DNA of 62,534 bases, filler included, from Stramenopiles sp. TOSAG23-3 (lineage: Eukaryota): the NCBI GenBank assembly GCA_900128585.1. It is 15 parts of 15 records of this genome, joined end to end, with 100 filler letters (N's around TTAATTAATTAA, not from the genome) between each part and the next. Parts side by side here need not be neighbours in the genome. Positions count along the whole stretch, not along the records: positions 20,941 to 25,027 come from LT643961.1; positions 25,128 to 29,211 come from LT643962.1; positions 29,312 to 33,392 come from LT643963.1; 12 more parts are not named here. One strand, given 5' to 3'. The notes beneath the pieces are model-generated. The model was not told where the DNA came from. It did no database searches and worked only from the letters and a program-made list of their open reading frames with translations. The position numbers and the translations under genes are program-made. The stretch's first letter is position 1. Each line of letters starts with the position of its first letter. Shown here piece by piece: positions 22,160 to 31,795 of the stretch.

Positions 22160-24412
22160 TTACATCTTCGAGACGGGGGCTGCGTCTTGGTCTGTCGGTT
22201 GAAACGCTGCCCCTACTGCCCACTCCTTGTCACACTTCTTGCTCGCCAGCTTAAATTTGATGCAGGCGTCGTCAACGCAACCGTCCTTTGTTTTGCAGTA
22301 CTTCTTTGTCAGTAAAAGGCACTCCCGCGTAGCCCCTACGAGGCGGCAGCGGTGGGCTTTTTTGTTTTTGTCTATCTTTGGGAGGCCGCAATCGCCTTCG
22401 TAGCACGGCGATTTCGGGTTCTTTTTACTAAACGGGCATTTGGGGACGGCGCACTTGCTTGGCTTTGCGAGGCCAAACTTCTTGCACGCGGGGTCCCGGC
22501 ACCCGCAAAACTTCAATGAGCAGTACGCCTTCGCTTTCGCCATGCAGGTGGGGTTGGCACCGCTGCCGATGCACTTGCTCTTCTGGGTGACCTTGGTATT
22601 TCCCATGAAGCAGGGCGAGTTGATGTTGACTTTACTAAACGGGCACTTCTTCTTCGTCTTTCCCCCTTCTGGCCCACTGGCCCCGCTCCCCGCGCCTACG
22701 GCCGCGGCCCCGCTGTCGGCCGCCGAAGGGCCCGAGGCCCCGCTGTCGGCCGCCGAAGGGCCCGAGGCCCCACTGCCGTCCGAGTCCCAGAGCTTCGGTT
22801 GCTCCTTCTTCTTCGGCTTCGGGGGGTCTTGGAACCCGTAGATTTCGGCGGCGGCCGGGCCGCTCGCGCTGTCGTCCTCGGCGGCGTCGTCTAGCACGAC
22901 GGCGGTTGCTTTCGTAAGGCCGCTCATTTGGAGGGATTGGAGCAACGCGCCCGAGTTTCGGATCGCAGCGTCGAGGGACGCCTTCAGCCGGTCCCGTTCG
23001 TCCTTCGTCTCCGACCCGATGGAGAAGGTGATCGCGATCGCGCTGACGTCGTCCGCCGTCTCAAGCAGGCGTCTTCGCAAGGCCGAGGAGGGGGCCGCCG
23101 CGTCGTCTTGGTCGTCCGAGGGCACTTTCCCGTTGTAGACCCCGTCTATCTCGACGGCGGCCATGCTGGCGCCCATTTCGGCCGCAATCCCGGTCCTGAA
23201 CGCGATCTTGTCCATGTTCTTGAAGGTGGCCACGGTGTACCCGACGATGGTGATGGAGGACTGGACGACCAGGCTGGCGGGGTACAGGTTCACGTCCAGC
23301 CCCCCGTTCGGCTTTGCCGAGGTCTCCGGGATTGGGGCCCCGGGCACGCGCTGGCCATAGGCCCCGGACGGGCTCCCTTTCGGGGGGATGCTCGGGACCC
23401 AGGCCGGGGCCTGCTTCCCGTCGCGCGCCCTCTTCAGGGCGCAGCTGGAGACCGCCGGGGCGGGGCACATCTTGCGGGCCCACCCCTGCGAATGGAACCA
23501 CCCACGCTTGCACTCCCCGAACTCTGGCGTGGTGGGATCGCTGGGGTGCTTGTCCTGGCAGGTGCAGGTGTCCTCGCACCACCCGCAGTCCGGGTCCCCG
23601 CGGCAGTCGTCGCACGACGAGAACCCGCTGCACGCGGACCCGCCGCAGGACTCGTAGGACCACAGGGAGCAGGGCTCCCCGACGGTGCCCTGGGCCGGGC
23701 CGAGCGCGTCCCCTGGCTGGCAGATGCCCTTCACGTCGCACCACCCGCAGTTGGGGTCCTTCGTGCACTGGCGGCAGTCCTGGTAGTTGCAGAGGCTTTT
23801 GCTCAGCTTCTGGGCCACCGCGACCAGCTTGTCCCTCGTCTCGTCGCTCTTCAAAAACAGCGTGACCGAGAGGTCCACGGGCACCACGACGCCGAACTCT
23901 TGAAGGGCGGCTTTGAACGACTCCAAAAACCGTTCCGGCGTCTGCGCGAGCAGTAGGAGGGAGCGGCGGACCGCGACGAACTTTTCGGGGACGCCGACCC
24001 GTACCGACACGTCGATCACGATCAGGCTCGCGCGGCTGCTGCCGGCAAGGAGGCGCCTTCGGTTCCCGGCAGCGGGGGCCCCCCCGCAGTCTGGGGCGGC
24101 CACCTCGATGGACGCGGTGTCCTTCCCCAGCGCCAGGAGGTTCCTAAGGGACGCTTTGAGGGCGTTCTGGGAGTGCACGTCGAAAGTGTTGCACGTGAAC
24201 CCCTGCACTTTGACCCCCACGGTGCTCGTCAACGACTTGCTGTCGGTCGGCACCGTGGTCCGCGGGGGGCTGTCGCCGCCGTCGTTCGACCTCAACTCAC
24301 TACCTAATCCTTTTTCTAAATTCTGTCTAATGCCCAACCCCACCCCAAGCATGCAACAGACGCTCGCTATAAAAAGCGCCTGCCGGATCATCATAAACGC
24401 TCGGTTCTTCAT
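22160..24412 (-). CDS. Secreted Cys-rich protein with two PSI (plexin-repeat) domains, two RRRLL-containing modules and two C-terminal Cys-rich repeats
   Basis: Signal peptide from ATG 24412. PSI patterns CNYQDCRQCTKDPNCGWC and CSGFSSCDDCRGDPDCGWC; RRRLL twice; KCPFSK.N..SPC repeated twice. Confidence 0.8.
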   Translation of the reverse strand: MKNRAFMMIRQALFIASVCCMLGVGLGIRQNLEKGLGSELRSNDGGDSPPRTTVPTDSKSLTSTVGVKVQGFTCNTFDVHSQNALKASLRNLLALGKDTASIEVAAPDCGGAPAAGNRRRLLAGSSRASLIVIDVSVRVGVPEKFVAVRRSLLLLAQTPERFLESFKAALQEFGVVVPVDLSVTLFLKSDETRDKLVAVAQKLSKSLCNYQDCRQCTKDPNCGWCDVKGICQPGDALGPAQGTVGEPCSLWSYESCGGSACSGFSSCDDCRGDPDCGWCEDTCTCQDKHPSDPTTPEFGECKRGWFHSQGWARKMCPAPAVSSCALKRARDGKQAPAWVPSIPPKGSPSGAYGQRVPGAPIPETSAKPNGGLDVNLYPASLVVQSSITIVGYTVATFKNMDKIAFRTGIAAEMGASMAAVEIDGVYNGKVPSDDQDDAAAPSSALRRRLLETADDVSAIAITFSIGSETKDERDRLKASLDAAIRNSGALLQSLQMSGLTKATAVVLDDAAEDDSASGPAAAEIYGFQDPPKPKKKEQPKLWDSDGSGASGPSAADSGASGPSAADSGAAAVGAGSGASGPEGGKTKKKCPFSKVNINSPCFMGNTKVTQKSKCIGSGANPTCMAKAKAYCSLKFCGCRDPACKKFGLAKPSKCAVPKCPFSKKNPKSPCYEGDCGLPKIDKNKKAHRCRLVGATRECLLLTKKYCKTKDGCVDDACIKFKLASKKCDKEWAVGAAFQPTDQDAAPVSKM
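22706..22765 (+). repeat. Perfect 30-bp tandem duplication (SGPSAADSGA x2) inside the PSI gene
   Basis: ggccccgctgtcggccgccgaagggcccga occurs twice in tandem. Confidence 0.9.
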
Positions 24413-24761
24413 GGTACAACAACAGCAGCAATAACTACAGCAACAACAGCAACAACGGCCCAAACAGAACGTACGATCTCTCGCTCAAACGCTTGTTGCT
24501 TGCTTCCTCACTTTCCTCGGGTATTCGCTCGCTCAACCTTTTTAAAATCGAAACGAAACGGAACGAAAGAAAGAAAAGAACAGCAGGTAGGAAGGAAAGA
24601 AAACAACAACAAGTTCAGTTCAACTGTCCTCTATCTACTACTTAAAATTTTAAATTAATGCAAACACATTAGTCCTCTTCTTAAAACCGAAATGGGCTAA
24701 CTAACTACAAATGGAATTAGAAGAAAGAAGATTAGAGTGAAGTGAACCAAAGAAGTAGATG

Positions 24762-24764
24762 GAA

Positions 24765-24795
<31 letters not shown>

Positions 24796-24871
24796 AAGAA
24801 AGAAAAGAAAAAAAAAGAAAGAAAGAAAGAAAACCAAAAGAAAGAAAGAAAGAAAGAAAGAAAGAAAAGAT

Positions 24872-24902
<31 letters not shown>

Positions 24903-24945
24903 AAAGATAGAAAGAAAGAAAACCAAAAGAAAGAAAGAAAACCAA

Positions 24946-24981
<36 letters not shown>

Positions 24982-25004
24982 GAGAAAGAAAGAAAGAAGA
25001 GAAA
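24762..25004 (+). repeat. (GAAA)n microsatellite upstream of the PSI gene
   Basis: Direct inspection. Confidence 0.95.
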
Positions 25005-25176
25005 GGTTTCGTTCCTTTGTTCAAAAGNNNNNNNNNNNNNNNNNNNNNNNNNNNNNNNNNNNNNNNNNNNNTTAATTAATTAANNNNNNNNNNNNNNNNN
25101 NNNNNNNNNNNNNNNNNNNNNNNNNNNAAAACAACGACGGTCGTCTTTTCTATTATTTTTAGAAAATGGTATTTTG

Positions 25177-25560
25177 TTATTTTTTGTTGTAAGTTTGTGT
25201 TGAAATATATTTTATTCATTTTTATAGCAAAAAGAAATGTTAATTTATTTTAAGATATGCTGTGTTGATATAAAATACTCATTGTAAAAACAAAGCAAAA
25301 AAACAAAAAATTGCAAAAGAACAATTGTTGTTGGTACCGTTTATTGTTTTTTAATGCTGTGTATATATTCTTTACTTTTACCAAAATTTATTTTTTGTTG
25401 TAAGTTTTGTGTCGAAATATATTTCCTTCATATTTAATAACGAAGAGAAATGCTAATTTATTTTAATAGATGCTGTGTTTATATAAAATAATCATGATAA
25501 GGTTAGGGCTCTACAAAAAAAGACAGACAAACAAAATGCAAAGGAAGAATTGTTGTTGGG
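25177..25560 (+). repeat. Diverged direct duplication of a ~160-170 bp AT-rich unit (25177-25335 and 25388-25560)
   Basis: Collinear shared blocks ttattttttgttgtaagttt, gaaatatattt, gaaatg.taatttattttaa, atgctgtgtt.atataaaata, tgcaaa and aattgttgttgg. Confidence 0.8.
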
Positions 25561-25582
25561 GCGCACCCAACGGAGTATTTTT

Positions 25583-25613
25583 AAAAACAAAAAATTGGCT
25601 GTTATTTAAGTAA
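25583..25613 (+). repeat. TTGGCTG element core copy about 60 bp downstream of the PRORP stop
   Basis: aaaaacaaaaaattggctgttatttaagtaa. Confidence 0.85.
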
Positions 25614-25670
25614 TATGATAGGAGATCATTATTTACATACTTGAAAATCTATTCGGTACGTTAACATATC

Positions 25671-27653
25671 CTACAACTTCACAACATCTCTCGCCCAGTA
25701 CCACTGCGTGGTACTTTCTAACTGCCCTAGCGTATCACCCAGTCTGGGGGTCGCCTTGTTCGGGGTTTCTGCCTCCAACATCTTCGTCGTAACAGTTGGG
25801 AAATGCCAGTGAGTCACGCTCACCCCTTCCGCCTTCCGTTCAAAAACATGCCGCTGGATGCGTATGGAGAACGGCTGGGGGAAGATAAAGGTAGGCTGGG
25901 CACCCTCGGAACGGCCAGGAAACATAAAATTTACAACGTGGCGCTCGCGCCACTTCAAGAAACATTTGTGGGAAAGCATTTTGAAGTGGTGGTCGCGCAT
26001 CAGATCGTTTGTAATGACAAACGGCTGTTTTCCGTTGTGGGAGCTCCACAGGCACGCGTACAACCAGAACCAGTCGTCGTTCATGTGGGTCGGCGTTTGG
26101 TACAGAATGCCAAGGCCCTTCCATTTTTTTAAATAAAGGCCTGCCTCCTTGCTCTGCTTCAACCGTTTCCAGTAAAAGTGCCGTTCGTGAAGGATCAGCA
26201 GGACGTTCTTTCCGTTCGCCGCAAAGTGACTTACGACCCGGTCTATCTGGGAGCATTTGATGGGCAGGTGACGGTTCAAGTCGACACGCTGCATAAAGTA
26301 CCCTACGTTGGCCCCGTCGATTATCACGTCGGGGGCGGGCCGTCCCTCCAAAAAGGCTTTGAAACGGTTGAATTGCTCTACCGAATTGACTTTTTTCTCC
26401 GCGCCTTGCTTGCACGCTCCCCCGCGGCCAATAATCTCATTGATACTCGTGAGCGTAGTAGCCCGCTCCCCCGCCGTCAGGTCGATCGACGTCATTCTCA
26501 GGCCGCACGCGGCGCTCAACCCGTCCTTGTCCACTGCAACGGCTTTCGCGTCGTCGAACCAAAGGGAGAGGACCGCGCGGCTCTCCGCTGCGACTGTGAA
26601 CACCACCTGCTGCATCTCCAGCAAAACCTTGTCCACTGCTCGTTTCAACATCCCCACACTGGCGTCGTCGCCCGGTTGTAGCGCCCCTCGCGCCACACTA
26701 CACGCTTTGACGATGTGCAAAAAGTGAGGCTCTTCGAACTCAATGCCCAGGGCAAGGCCCCGTTGAAACGTTTCCATGAGGGCCGTGATGTCGGCGACGC
26801 TTGTGCACGGGTGGTACTGAAGGATGGGCCCGTACAGGCGGGCCTTCTTCTTTATTTTTGACTTTTGTTTGGTTGGCTTTCCCGATGGCGCGTGCCCGGC
26901 TTCCGTCCGCCGCAGGTACTCTTTCGCCAGCTGGATGTTTCCTGCAATCGAGTACAGTCTTATTAGGAGCGCGAACGAACCGTCCTGAAGACTTTCTCCA
27001 CACGCCGCGGTAAAGTCGCTGCTGATCAACAGCCCTTTCTCGACGACAGCGGCTCTTTTTTCTGCGTCGTCCTCCACCAGGACGGCCTCGTCGCAGCACA
27101 AGCTCAGCCATATGTGGTACATGCTAATGTGCGGTTCAATCGATAGCCCTTGCATCTCGCCATAAATTTCCAAGCTCGTGGCCCAGTCCTGCCCGTTCGA
27201 GCACTTGACCAACTTTAGCTGGTGCGCACGGTACGGCGGGGGTTCCTTAAACTTTTTGTGCGTTTTCACGACTTCCGGGCGCTTCAGGCTTGGGTCTGAC
27301 TTTGCATCCTCGAGCTGCTTCTGTTTGACCCTTCGGCGGTGCTTCTTGCCCCCCACGTGCGATTCGTAGTGCTGCTGCCCAGAGCAAGCTATGTTGCAAA
27401 TTTTGCAGTAAAACCTCGTGCTCGCGCTTCTGGCCTGAAGGTGCTGCCACTCCGTCCGACGGTCTGCCCAGACCCCGCCGACAATCTCCGACCCCATGCC
27501 CGCCTTTTCACCGTCGGACCGGCATTTTTTGTCCCTATCCTGATAATTCCTCTGGCATTCCCGTCCCCGTTTTCTTTCTCCATTTCTACTATCGTCTACC
27601 GCAACCCCACCGCCCTCCCGGCTTTCTCCCCTGTCAGCGGCCAACGAAGACAT
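25671..27653 (-). CDS. PRORP: Protein-only RNase P (PRORP; PPR + NYN nuclease) with an N-terminal matrin/U1-type C2H2 Zn finger
   Basis: DVIIDGANVG, LILHERH, TPTHMNDDWFWLYA, FVITNDLMRDHHF, KWRERH, WHFP; PPR-like helices; FYCKICNIACSGQQHYESHVGGKKH. First ATG at 27653. Confidence 0.9.
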   Translation of the reverse strand: MSSLAADRGESREGGGVAVDDSRNGERKRGRECQRNYQDRDKKCRSDGEKAGMGSEIVGGVWADRRTEWQHLQARSASTRFYCKICNIACSGQQHYESHVGGKKHRRRVKQKQLEDAKSDPSLKRPEVVKTHKKFKEPPPYRAHQLKLVKCSNGQDWATSLEIYGEMQGLSIEPHISMYHIWLSLCCDEAVLVEDDAEKRAAVVEKGLLISSDFTAACGESLQDGSFALLIRLYSIAGNIQLAKEYLRRTEAGHAPSGKPTKQKSKIKKKARLYGPILQYHPCTSVADITALMETFQRGLALGIEFEEPHFLHIVKACSVARGALQPGDDASVGMLKRAVDKVLLEMQQVVFTVAAESRAVLSLWFDDAKAVAVDKDGLSAACGLRMTSIDLTAGERATTLTSINEIIGRGGACKQGAEKKVNSVEQFNRFKAFLEGRPAPDVIIDGANVGYFMQRVDLNRHLPIKCSQIDRVVSHFAANGKNVLLILHERHFYWKRLKQSKEAGLYLKKWKGLGILYQTPTHMNDDWFWLYACLWSSHNGKQPFVITNDLMRDHHFKMLSHKCFLKWRERHVVNFMFPGRSEGAQPTFIFPQPFSIRIQRHVFERKAEGVSVTHWHFPTVTTKMLEAETPNKATPRLGDTLGQLESTTQWYWARDVVKL

Positions 27654-28246
27654 GTAGTAAAACGGTAGATACAGGTCAGTCGGTCGTTCCAACCAGTCTA
27701 GTGTATCTGTTAAAACACAAACAAGAACAGACACGCAATTTCCTATAAATAAACGATACCTGTTGTTCTTTGTCTTCGTATAAGTTTATGTTCCCTATCT
27801 CTATCTTGTCTCTTTTATTTTTCTTTCAGAGCAAAATTTGCGAATCAACAAGAAATAAAAGCGACGGCGAAGCGAGTGGCCACAAAATGAAGAAAGATTT
27901 TTTTTTGTTCCTCTACTATTACCAGTACCGTACCTGGGTACCGTACCAACCATTGGTGCCTTGGTAAACGGTGAACGGTGAGTCGAAGTAATGAAGAATG
28001 TAATTTTATATAGTCTAGTCAACTATTAAATATTATACTTATATTTCTTCTTCTTCTTTTAATAGAAGAAAGAAGAAGAAGAAGAAGAAGAAGAAAAAGA
28101 AGAAGTGTGGGTGGTGGGTGTGAACATAGTCTATAGTTAAGTATCGTAATTTCTTCCTTTCTGTCCTCTATACATCTCCTCTGTGAAACGAAGGATTATT
28201 TATCTCGAACCATTTAATCCCAGTTCGAGGGATTCAATTACTTGGT

Positions 28247-28804
28247 TCACTGCGACAATTCCAATTTCCCACTGATCAAGCAGTGGATCTCGTCAAATGA
28301 CAACCCACCGTCATGGTCGGCGTCCAGTTTCTTGTTCACCATCTTCTTCAGCTCCTCTTTTTCCGGCAAACGGGAGTCGCCTTTGAAGATGGAGTGGGAA
28401 TCGTAAAACGTGTTTAAAAACCTGTCCAGCTCGTCCTGGTCCATTATCCCGTTATTATCTTTGTCAAAGGCGTTGAAAATAGTACGGTGAAAGAACTCTA
28501 GCTGCCCCTTTGGCGTCTTGACAGAAGTGTAGAAGGCGGAAAATTGCTCCGCGGTCATCGTCCCGGATTCGTGCTTTGGCCCCACCTCTTCTACCATACA
28601 AAACGCGACGTCTGTCGCAATACGTTTGCACTCCTCATCTCCCAGCCCCAAGTTGACCCCGAGCATGGCCCAAAGTTCTGCATGGGAACTGACATACGAT
28701 TCCACACTATCATGATCTAACGTACCGTGGTGCTGTACGTCCGCGTTATTAAACTGTTCCAACGCCTCTTTCTCGTTCACGCTCGTGCTTGCGCATATGC
28801 CCAT
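28247..28804 (-). CDS. EF-hand Ca2+-binding protein with predicted N-myristoylation/palmitoylation
   Basis: Starts MGICASTS (ATG 28804). EF loops DVQHHGTLDHDS, DKDNNGIMDQDEL and DADHDGGLSFDEI. Confidence 0.85.
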   Translation of the reverse strand: MGICASTSVNEKEALEQFNNADVQHHGTLDHDSVESYVSSHAELWAMLGVNLGLGDEECKRIATDVAFCMVEEVGPKHESGTMTAEQFSAFYTSVKTPKGQLEFFHRTIFNAFDKDNNGIMDQDELDRFLNTFYDSHSIFKGDSRLPEKEELKKMVNKKLDADHDGGLSFDEIHCLISGKLELSQ

Positions 28805-29029
28805 CGTTGTATATATCTTCGTACATGCGAATATTGACAGAAGTTCGCGGGACACCACTACTTTACGTTGTTCACGTATACGAAAGCATCCGAGTGTTGT
28901 TTCTTATTTGTTGTCTTTTAAAGAGATAAAGATTTTCATAGTTTTAATTATTAATCGGTTAGCTTCTTTCTCGGATGATTAATTTAACAAGCGAGCTCCA
29001 ACCAGTAATAATAAGGTACGGTACTACCT

Positions 29030-29211
29030 CTTCGTCCTTCTTTCTTCTTCTTTCTTCTTCTTTCTTCTTCTTTCTTCTTTTTTCTTCTTTCTTCTTTCTT
29101 CTTTCTTCTTTCTTCTTTCTTCTTTCTTCTTTTTCTTCTTTCTTCTTTCTTCTTTCTTCTTTCTTCTTTCTTCTTTCTTCTTTCTTTTTTCTTCTTTCTT
29201 CTTTCTTCTTT
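29030..29211 (+). repeat. (TTC/TTTC)n polypyrimidine tract at contig end; similar tracts at 29312-29447, 46012-46095 and (purine on +) 58482-58650
   Basis: Direct inspection. Confidence 0.95.
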
Positions 29212-29814
29212 NNNNNNNNNNNNNNNNNNNNNNNNNNNNNNNNNNNNNNNNNNNNTTAATTAATTAANNNNNNNNNNNNNNNNNNNNNNNNNNNNNNNNN
29301 NNNNNNNNNNNTTCTTCTTCTTTTTTCTTCTTCTTTTTTCTTCTTCTTTTTTCTTCTTCTTTTTTCTTCTTCTTTTTTCTTCTTCTTCTTCATTCTCTTC
29401 TTCTTTTTTTCTTCATTCTCTTCTTCATTCTCTTCTTCTTCTTTTTTAATTTTATTATTCTTTCTTTTTCTTTCTTTTATAATATAGTTATTTATTATAT
29501 ATTATAATTAATATAAATATCCGGTAGAAAGAAGAAGAAGAAGAGGAGAGGGGAGGAGTATATTTATTAGACTATTATTATTATTAAAATATATTATATA
29601 TAATTAAATCCTTGTGGTAAATTAATTTACTCTTTTGGTAATAAGATAAACTAACTTCATTATTAGAGCCTTAAGATTGGAGAATCATTTTATCCTTTCC
29701 TTTGAAAAAATACTTTCAATTGTTTAGCAACGATCGTTGAAAAAAAATTGGATTTGTTCATCATTGAACTGTTCATTGTCTTCATATACACCATAAAGGG
29801 CGTGCGTTTGGAAC

Positions 29815-31380
29815 ATGAAACGAGCAATAAAGTGGGCGCCATTGATCGATGGAATGGAATGGCTTCCGTCCACAATTTTGTCAGACGAGGCAAGTCACGA
29901 AAAGAAGCACATTCTAATGAGAAAGAAGAGGGACGTGCGATCGAGGAGGAAGGAGATTGCAGAAAAGCGAACAATTCTTGTCGAGGAAAGTGTGACACCA
30001 GTAGGATCCATGCCCCTAAATCTGAAGAAAATTGTGAAATCAAAGAGTGCCCCTGACCTGGCAGTCCGGCGTAAGGTGAATTTACCCCCCGTACTGACGC
30101 TTCCACGATCCCGTGCCCAGTCGCTTCTTCGGAAGGACAGCCTGCAAACCCCCGAGCACACCGGCGCGGACAATGCACGGTCGAACAAGTCCCAAAGTGC
30201 ACTTCGGGCCAGCATCCGAAAAAGTGAGTACGATCTGCGCAGGAAAGAGGAAGGCTACGACCGGATGGTACTGTACATCGAGAAGCCCGTCCTGTCCGCG
30301 CACAAGCGCCGCGACGAGCTTGTGCAAGAAACATGGTTGAAACTGATCCCGCTGATCCAAGGGGCCAAAGTGCTGAAGCAAGGTTTGAGAGGGTACAGAG
30401 AAGAGTTGGAAGACCAGAGGGCCCTTAACGCAGCATGCGCACGGATTCAGTCCACATTTCGGGGTGCATTCGTCAGAAAGGCCAACCGCAACCTGGAGCG
30501 AATCTCGATGCTTTTGCGCCAGAAGGCGTGGATTGCAAAGTTAAACGTCAGGACTGGCAAAAGGAAACGCTCGGCATCGGTTGTGCGGCGGTTCACCAAA
30601 GCGGCTGTGGCCGTGGGAAAATTCAGCACGGTCGTGCGAAAATATAGAAACCGCATCATTTTCTTACAGCGTTTCATTCGAAGTTTTTTCGTCTGCCAAC
30701 ACGCTCGGCAGGCGGCAATGAGCAAAGCTTGGCGGGTGAAGGAAGCGGACATCGTTGCAAAACAAACTATAGAGGACGCCAAATTGCAGGCGGAGTACAA
30801 AGCCAGGGAGGAAAAACTTGCAAAGAAGCGAGCAAAGAAGGCGAAAAAAGAAATGATCAACAGTGGAGAGAAGGATGGAGCTCAACACAGCGGAAGGGAG
30901 ATCAAAATGTTGATCAAAGGGTGCAACAAACTCTCTCGGAGTTTGGACCAAGTGTCGTTTCGAACAAGGCCCGGGGCCGACGATGACCCAGCGATTGCAA
31001 TGGCGATGCAAAAAGAAGAAAAGAGGCGAAAGCAGATGGCAATGAAAAGGCGAACGTCGAAGAAAATAAGGAACAAACTCTTGGCAAACTACCTACGCAA
31101 AAAGCGCATTGTCTTCATCAACGACGAGCTGGCAAGCATCGGAAATATCAATGAAATTAATCCAAAGTTGAGCAAAGAAGACATGGAGCTGGTGTTGAAA
31201 GGGGGGCTGGACCCGTCCAAACTGATAAAAGAAAAACGGATGAAAATCGAAAGGCTTCGAAATAGTCGAATGCTTCTCATTTACACCAACCTCTCCAAGG
31301 ATCTTCCAAAACTTGTGCGCGCAGGACTAGAAGAGCAAAAAAGAGTCGATATAAGGAAATTGAAAAGGGCACTGTCTTAG
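29815..31380 (+). CDS. Basic helical protein with IQ-like calmodulin-binding motifs
   Basis: 521-aa ORF with ACARIQSTFRGAFVRK and IIFLQRFIRSFF; K/R/E-rich coiled coils. Confidence 0.7.
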   Translation: MKRAIKWAPLIDGMEWLPSTILSDEASHEKKHILMRKKRDVRSRRKEIAEKRTILVEESVTPVGSMPLNLKKIVKSKSAPDLAVRRKVNLPPVLTLPRSRAQSLLRKDSLQTPEHTGADNARSNKSQSALRASIRKSEYDLRRKEEGYDRMVLYIEKPVLSAHKRRDELVQETWLKLIPLIQGAKVLKQGLRGYREELEDQRALNAACARIQSTFRGAFVRKANRNLERISMLLRQKAWIAKLNVRTGKRKRSASVVRRFTKAAVAVGKFSTVVRKYRNRIIFLQRFIRSFFVCQHARQAAMSKAWRVKEADIVAKQTIEDAKLQAEYKAREEKLAKKRAKKAKKEMINSGEKDGAQHSGREIKMLIKGCNKLSRSLDQVSFRTRPGADDDPAIAMAMQKEEKRRKQMAMKRRTSKKIRNKLLANYLRKKRIVFINDELASIGNINEINPKLSKEDMELVLKGGLDPSKLIKEKRMKIERLRNSRMLLIYTNLSKDLPKLVRAGLEEQKRVDIRKLKRALS

Positions 31381-31795
31381 AGGAAGAGTCCCTCCTCATT
31401 TCATGCAGAACGTCTATCATAAAAAGATTTAAAAAAATGTTTTACTATATCAAAACAATTTGTTTTCATAACATAATCATACTGGTGTTAAAAAAAAATT
31501 GCATATTCATGTGAATCACCTTTCGTATGCTTTCAGACTCTCACTTTAGATCAGTCATTGATTCTTCGAAATCTAAGATTGTTTTCCACGTAATAATGTT
31601 TCACCCCTTTAGTTATCTGTTGCTAGTATGTATATTTTCCATTGCAACACACAGCATTTTTATATGTGGGTTTAAAATATATGTGCTGGTACATAAAAAA
31701 GAAGGTGTCAGTTCAAGAACTAAATCAAAATTATATCAGAGCTATTTTTCTTTCTGAGGTTTCATTCTTTAATCAGATGGAGGGATAAAGCAATT

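Noticed and set aside
8050..29259. F/L/S- and K/E/R-rich ORFs (8050, 12105, 24697-25079, 28975; also 7209, 58426)
   Set aside because: Translations of microsatellites.
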